Below are positions 62,894 through 64,000 of a stretch of 64,000 nt of DNA, one piece after another. Made by a program: the position numbers and the translations under genes. The stretch is from an uncultured Planctomycetaceae bacterium (lineage in GTDB: Bacteria; Planctomycetota; Planctomycetia; Pirellulales; JAEUIK01), in contig CAZBWM010000023.1 in the NCBI GenBank assembly GCA_964495375.1, positions 2,795 to 66,794 on the forward strand, written 5' to 3'. The notes under the pieces were generated by a model. It did no database searches. It was given only the letters and a program-made list of their open reading frames with translations, and was not told the origin of the DNA. How positions within the stretch are numbered: the stretch's first letter is position 1; the number at the start of each line of letters is the position of its first letter.

Positions 62894-64000
62894 ATGAGCG
62901 AATATCAATACATCGAGTTCCGGGCGATCGACGGGCCGGTGAGCGACAAAAACCTCGAGTACATGCAGAAGCAATCGTCACGGGCTGAGATTACTGCGTG
63001 GTCGTTCACGAATGAGTACCACTACAGCGATTTCCGCGGCAACGTGCTCGAAATGCTGCGGCGCGGCTACGACATGCACCTGCACTACGCCAACTTCGGC
63101 ATTCGCACCCTCATGGTACGTTTGCCGAGCGGATTGCCAAACGAGCAAGCGGCTGCGCCGTATCTGGACAGTGAGAACTTGATGCTGCACCGCGACAAGA
63201 CGGGGCGAGGTTGCATTTTGGAAATCAGTCCCAGCTACGAGCCGGGCACTCTCGAAGATCTTTGGGATCTCGATGTTTGGTTGCCGCGCATGCTGGACAT
63301 TCGGCGCGAGCTGATCGAGGGAGATTTACGACCCCTTTATATCGCGCGACTCGGCGCCGATTCCGATTCTTATCATGAGCGGTCCGAGACTAAGGAAGCG
63401 CCACTGCCCGCGGGCATGGGCAAGCTCAGTGCTGCGCAGCTTGCGCTGGCCGAGTTTTACGGACTCGATCGGGCGACGTTGGCCGCCGCGGCGCAGGGTG
63501 CCCCTCCGCTACCAGCGAACTCCGGCCTGAAAGTCAGACCTCAGCAATGGCTGCAGGGGCAATCGCCCGCGCGCAAGGATGCCTGGTTGGCTAGGCTGTT
63601 GTCTGAGGATCATGCGGCCGTGCGTCCAGAACTAATGCAGGCGTATCGAGACGATCAGCCCGTGGCGGCGTGGCCTGTGGTGGAGACCGGGCGCACGCTG
63701 GAGCAAATCGGCGCGGCGGCGGAGGAAATCCAACAAGACGTGAAAGCGAAAGCGGCGGCCAAGCGCGAGCAAGAGAGAAAAAAGCGGCTCGCCAAGATGG
63801 CCAAAGACCCCGACACCTTGCTAAAGCAGGTGAACGAATTGGTAACCAAGTTCAGCACGTCAGGGTACGAAGAGGCGAGCAAGCTGCTGGCGGAGTTGCG
63901 CGAGGCGCGGCCCGTAGACGGGGCCAAGCTGGCGAAAGCCAAAGCGCAAATGCTGCGGAAACAATACCCCACGAAATACCGACTGGTCGCGGCGCTTCGA
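62894..64000 (+). CDS. Conserved hypothetical protein (MSEYQY family), truncated by the window end
   Basis: Not in the ORF track because it has no stop in the window. GGAGG RBS; MSEYQYIEFRAIDGPVS...SSRAEIT...NEYHYSDFRG...HLHYANFGIR; frame appears open to 64000. Confidence 0.85.
   Translation, partial: MSEYQYIEFRAIDGPVSDKNLEYMQKQSSRAEITAWSFTNEYHYSDFRGNVLEMLRRGYDMHLHYANFGIRTLMVRLPSGLPNEQAAAPYLDSENLMLHRDKTGRGCILEISPSYEPGTLEDLWDLDVWLPRMLDIRRELIEGDLRPLYIARLGADSDSYHERSETKEAPLPAGMGKLSAAQLALAEFYGLDRATLAAAAQGAPPLPANSGLKVRPQQWLQGQSPARKDAWLARLLSEDHAAVRPELMQAYRDDQPVAAWPVVETGRTLEQIGAAAEEIQQDVKAKAAAKREQERKKRLAKMAKDPDTLLKQVNELVTKFSTSGYEEASKLLAELREARPVDGAKLAKAKAQMLRKQYPTKYRLVAALR

Noticed and set aside
1-64000. 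Numerous long overlapping or antisense ORFs in the track (e.g. 37016-38902 +, 50289-52109 -, 57527-59008 -, 61159-62703 +)
   Set aside because: They are shadow frames of well-supported genes, typical of high-GC DNA, and show no family motifs.
1-64000. CRISPR array, tRNA, rRNA, integrase, transposase or reverse transcriptase
   Set aside because: No regularly spaced repeat-spacer series, cloverleaf or catalytic motif was seen by eye.

Overview
64 kb of GC-rich bacterial chromosome. Gene content and repeat style suggest a planctomycete (Pirellulales-like); this is inference, not a database result. Most of it is housekeeping and envelope genes: an aspartate-type aminotransferase, lexA, a GT9 heptosyltransferase, a sigma-54 two-component pair, PTP and PP2C phosphatases, mlaEFD, dksA, an HtrA protease, ppx/gppA, an xseA-xseB-ispA-dxs-nadK run, rpmG (missed by the ORF track), sppA, serC, a glycan cluster (flippase, sulfotransferase, methyltransferase, two GT4, GDP-mannose-dehydrogenase-like enzyme), a class III aminotransferase, a transglutaminase-like protein and a PaaK-like ligase. 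I see no CRISPR array, rRNA, tRNA, integrase or transposase. The best unexplained signals are: (1) an 802-bp integrase-free toxin-antitoxin islet bounded by a 27-bp direct repeat that duplicates the 3' end of an oxidoreductase gene; (2) an unannotated 6S-RNA-like rod plus terminator near 56.9-57.1 kb; (3) at least four families of small palindromic or tandem-repeat elements, including an inverted heptamer array that fills the mlaE-mlaF gap; (4) possible beta-clamp and SSB-tail-like motifs on the two ExoVII subunits; (5) a candidate SOS box upstream of lexA; (6) a probable AUC start codon for the sigma-54 regulator. All structures and alignments were read by eye; none were computed.
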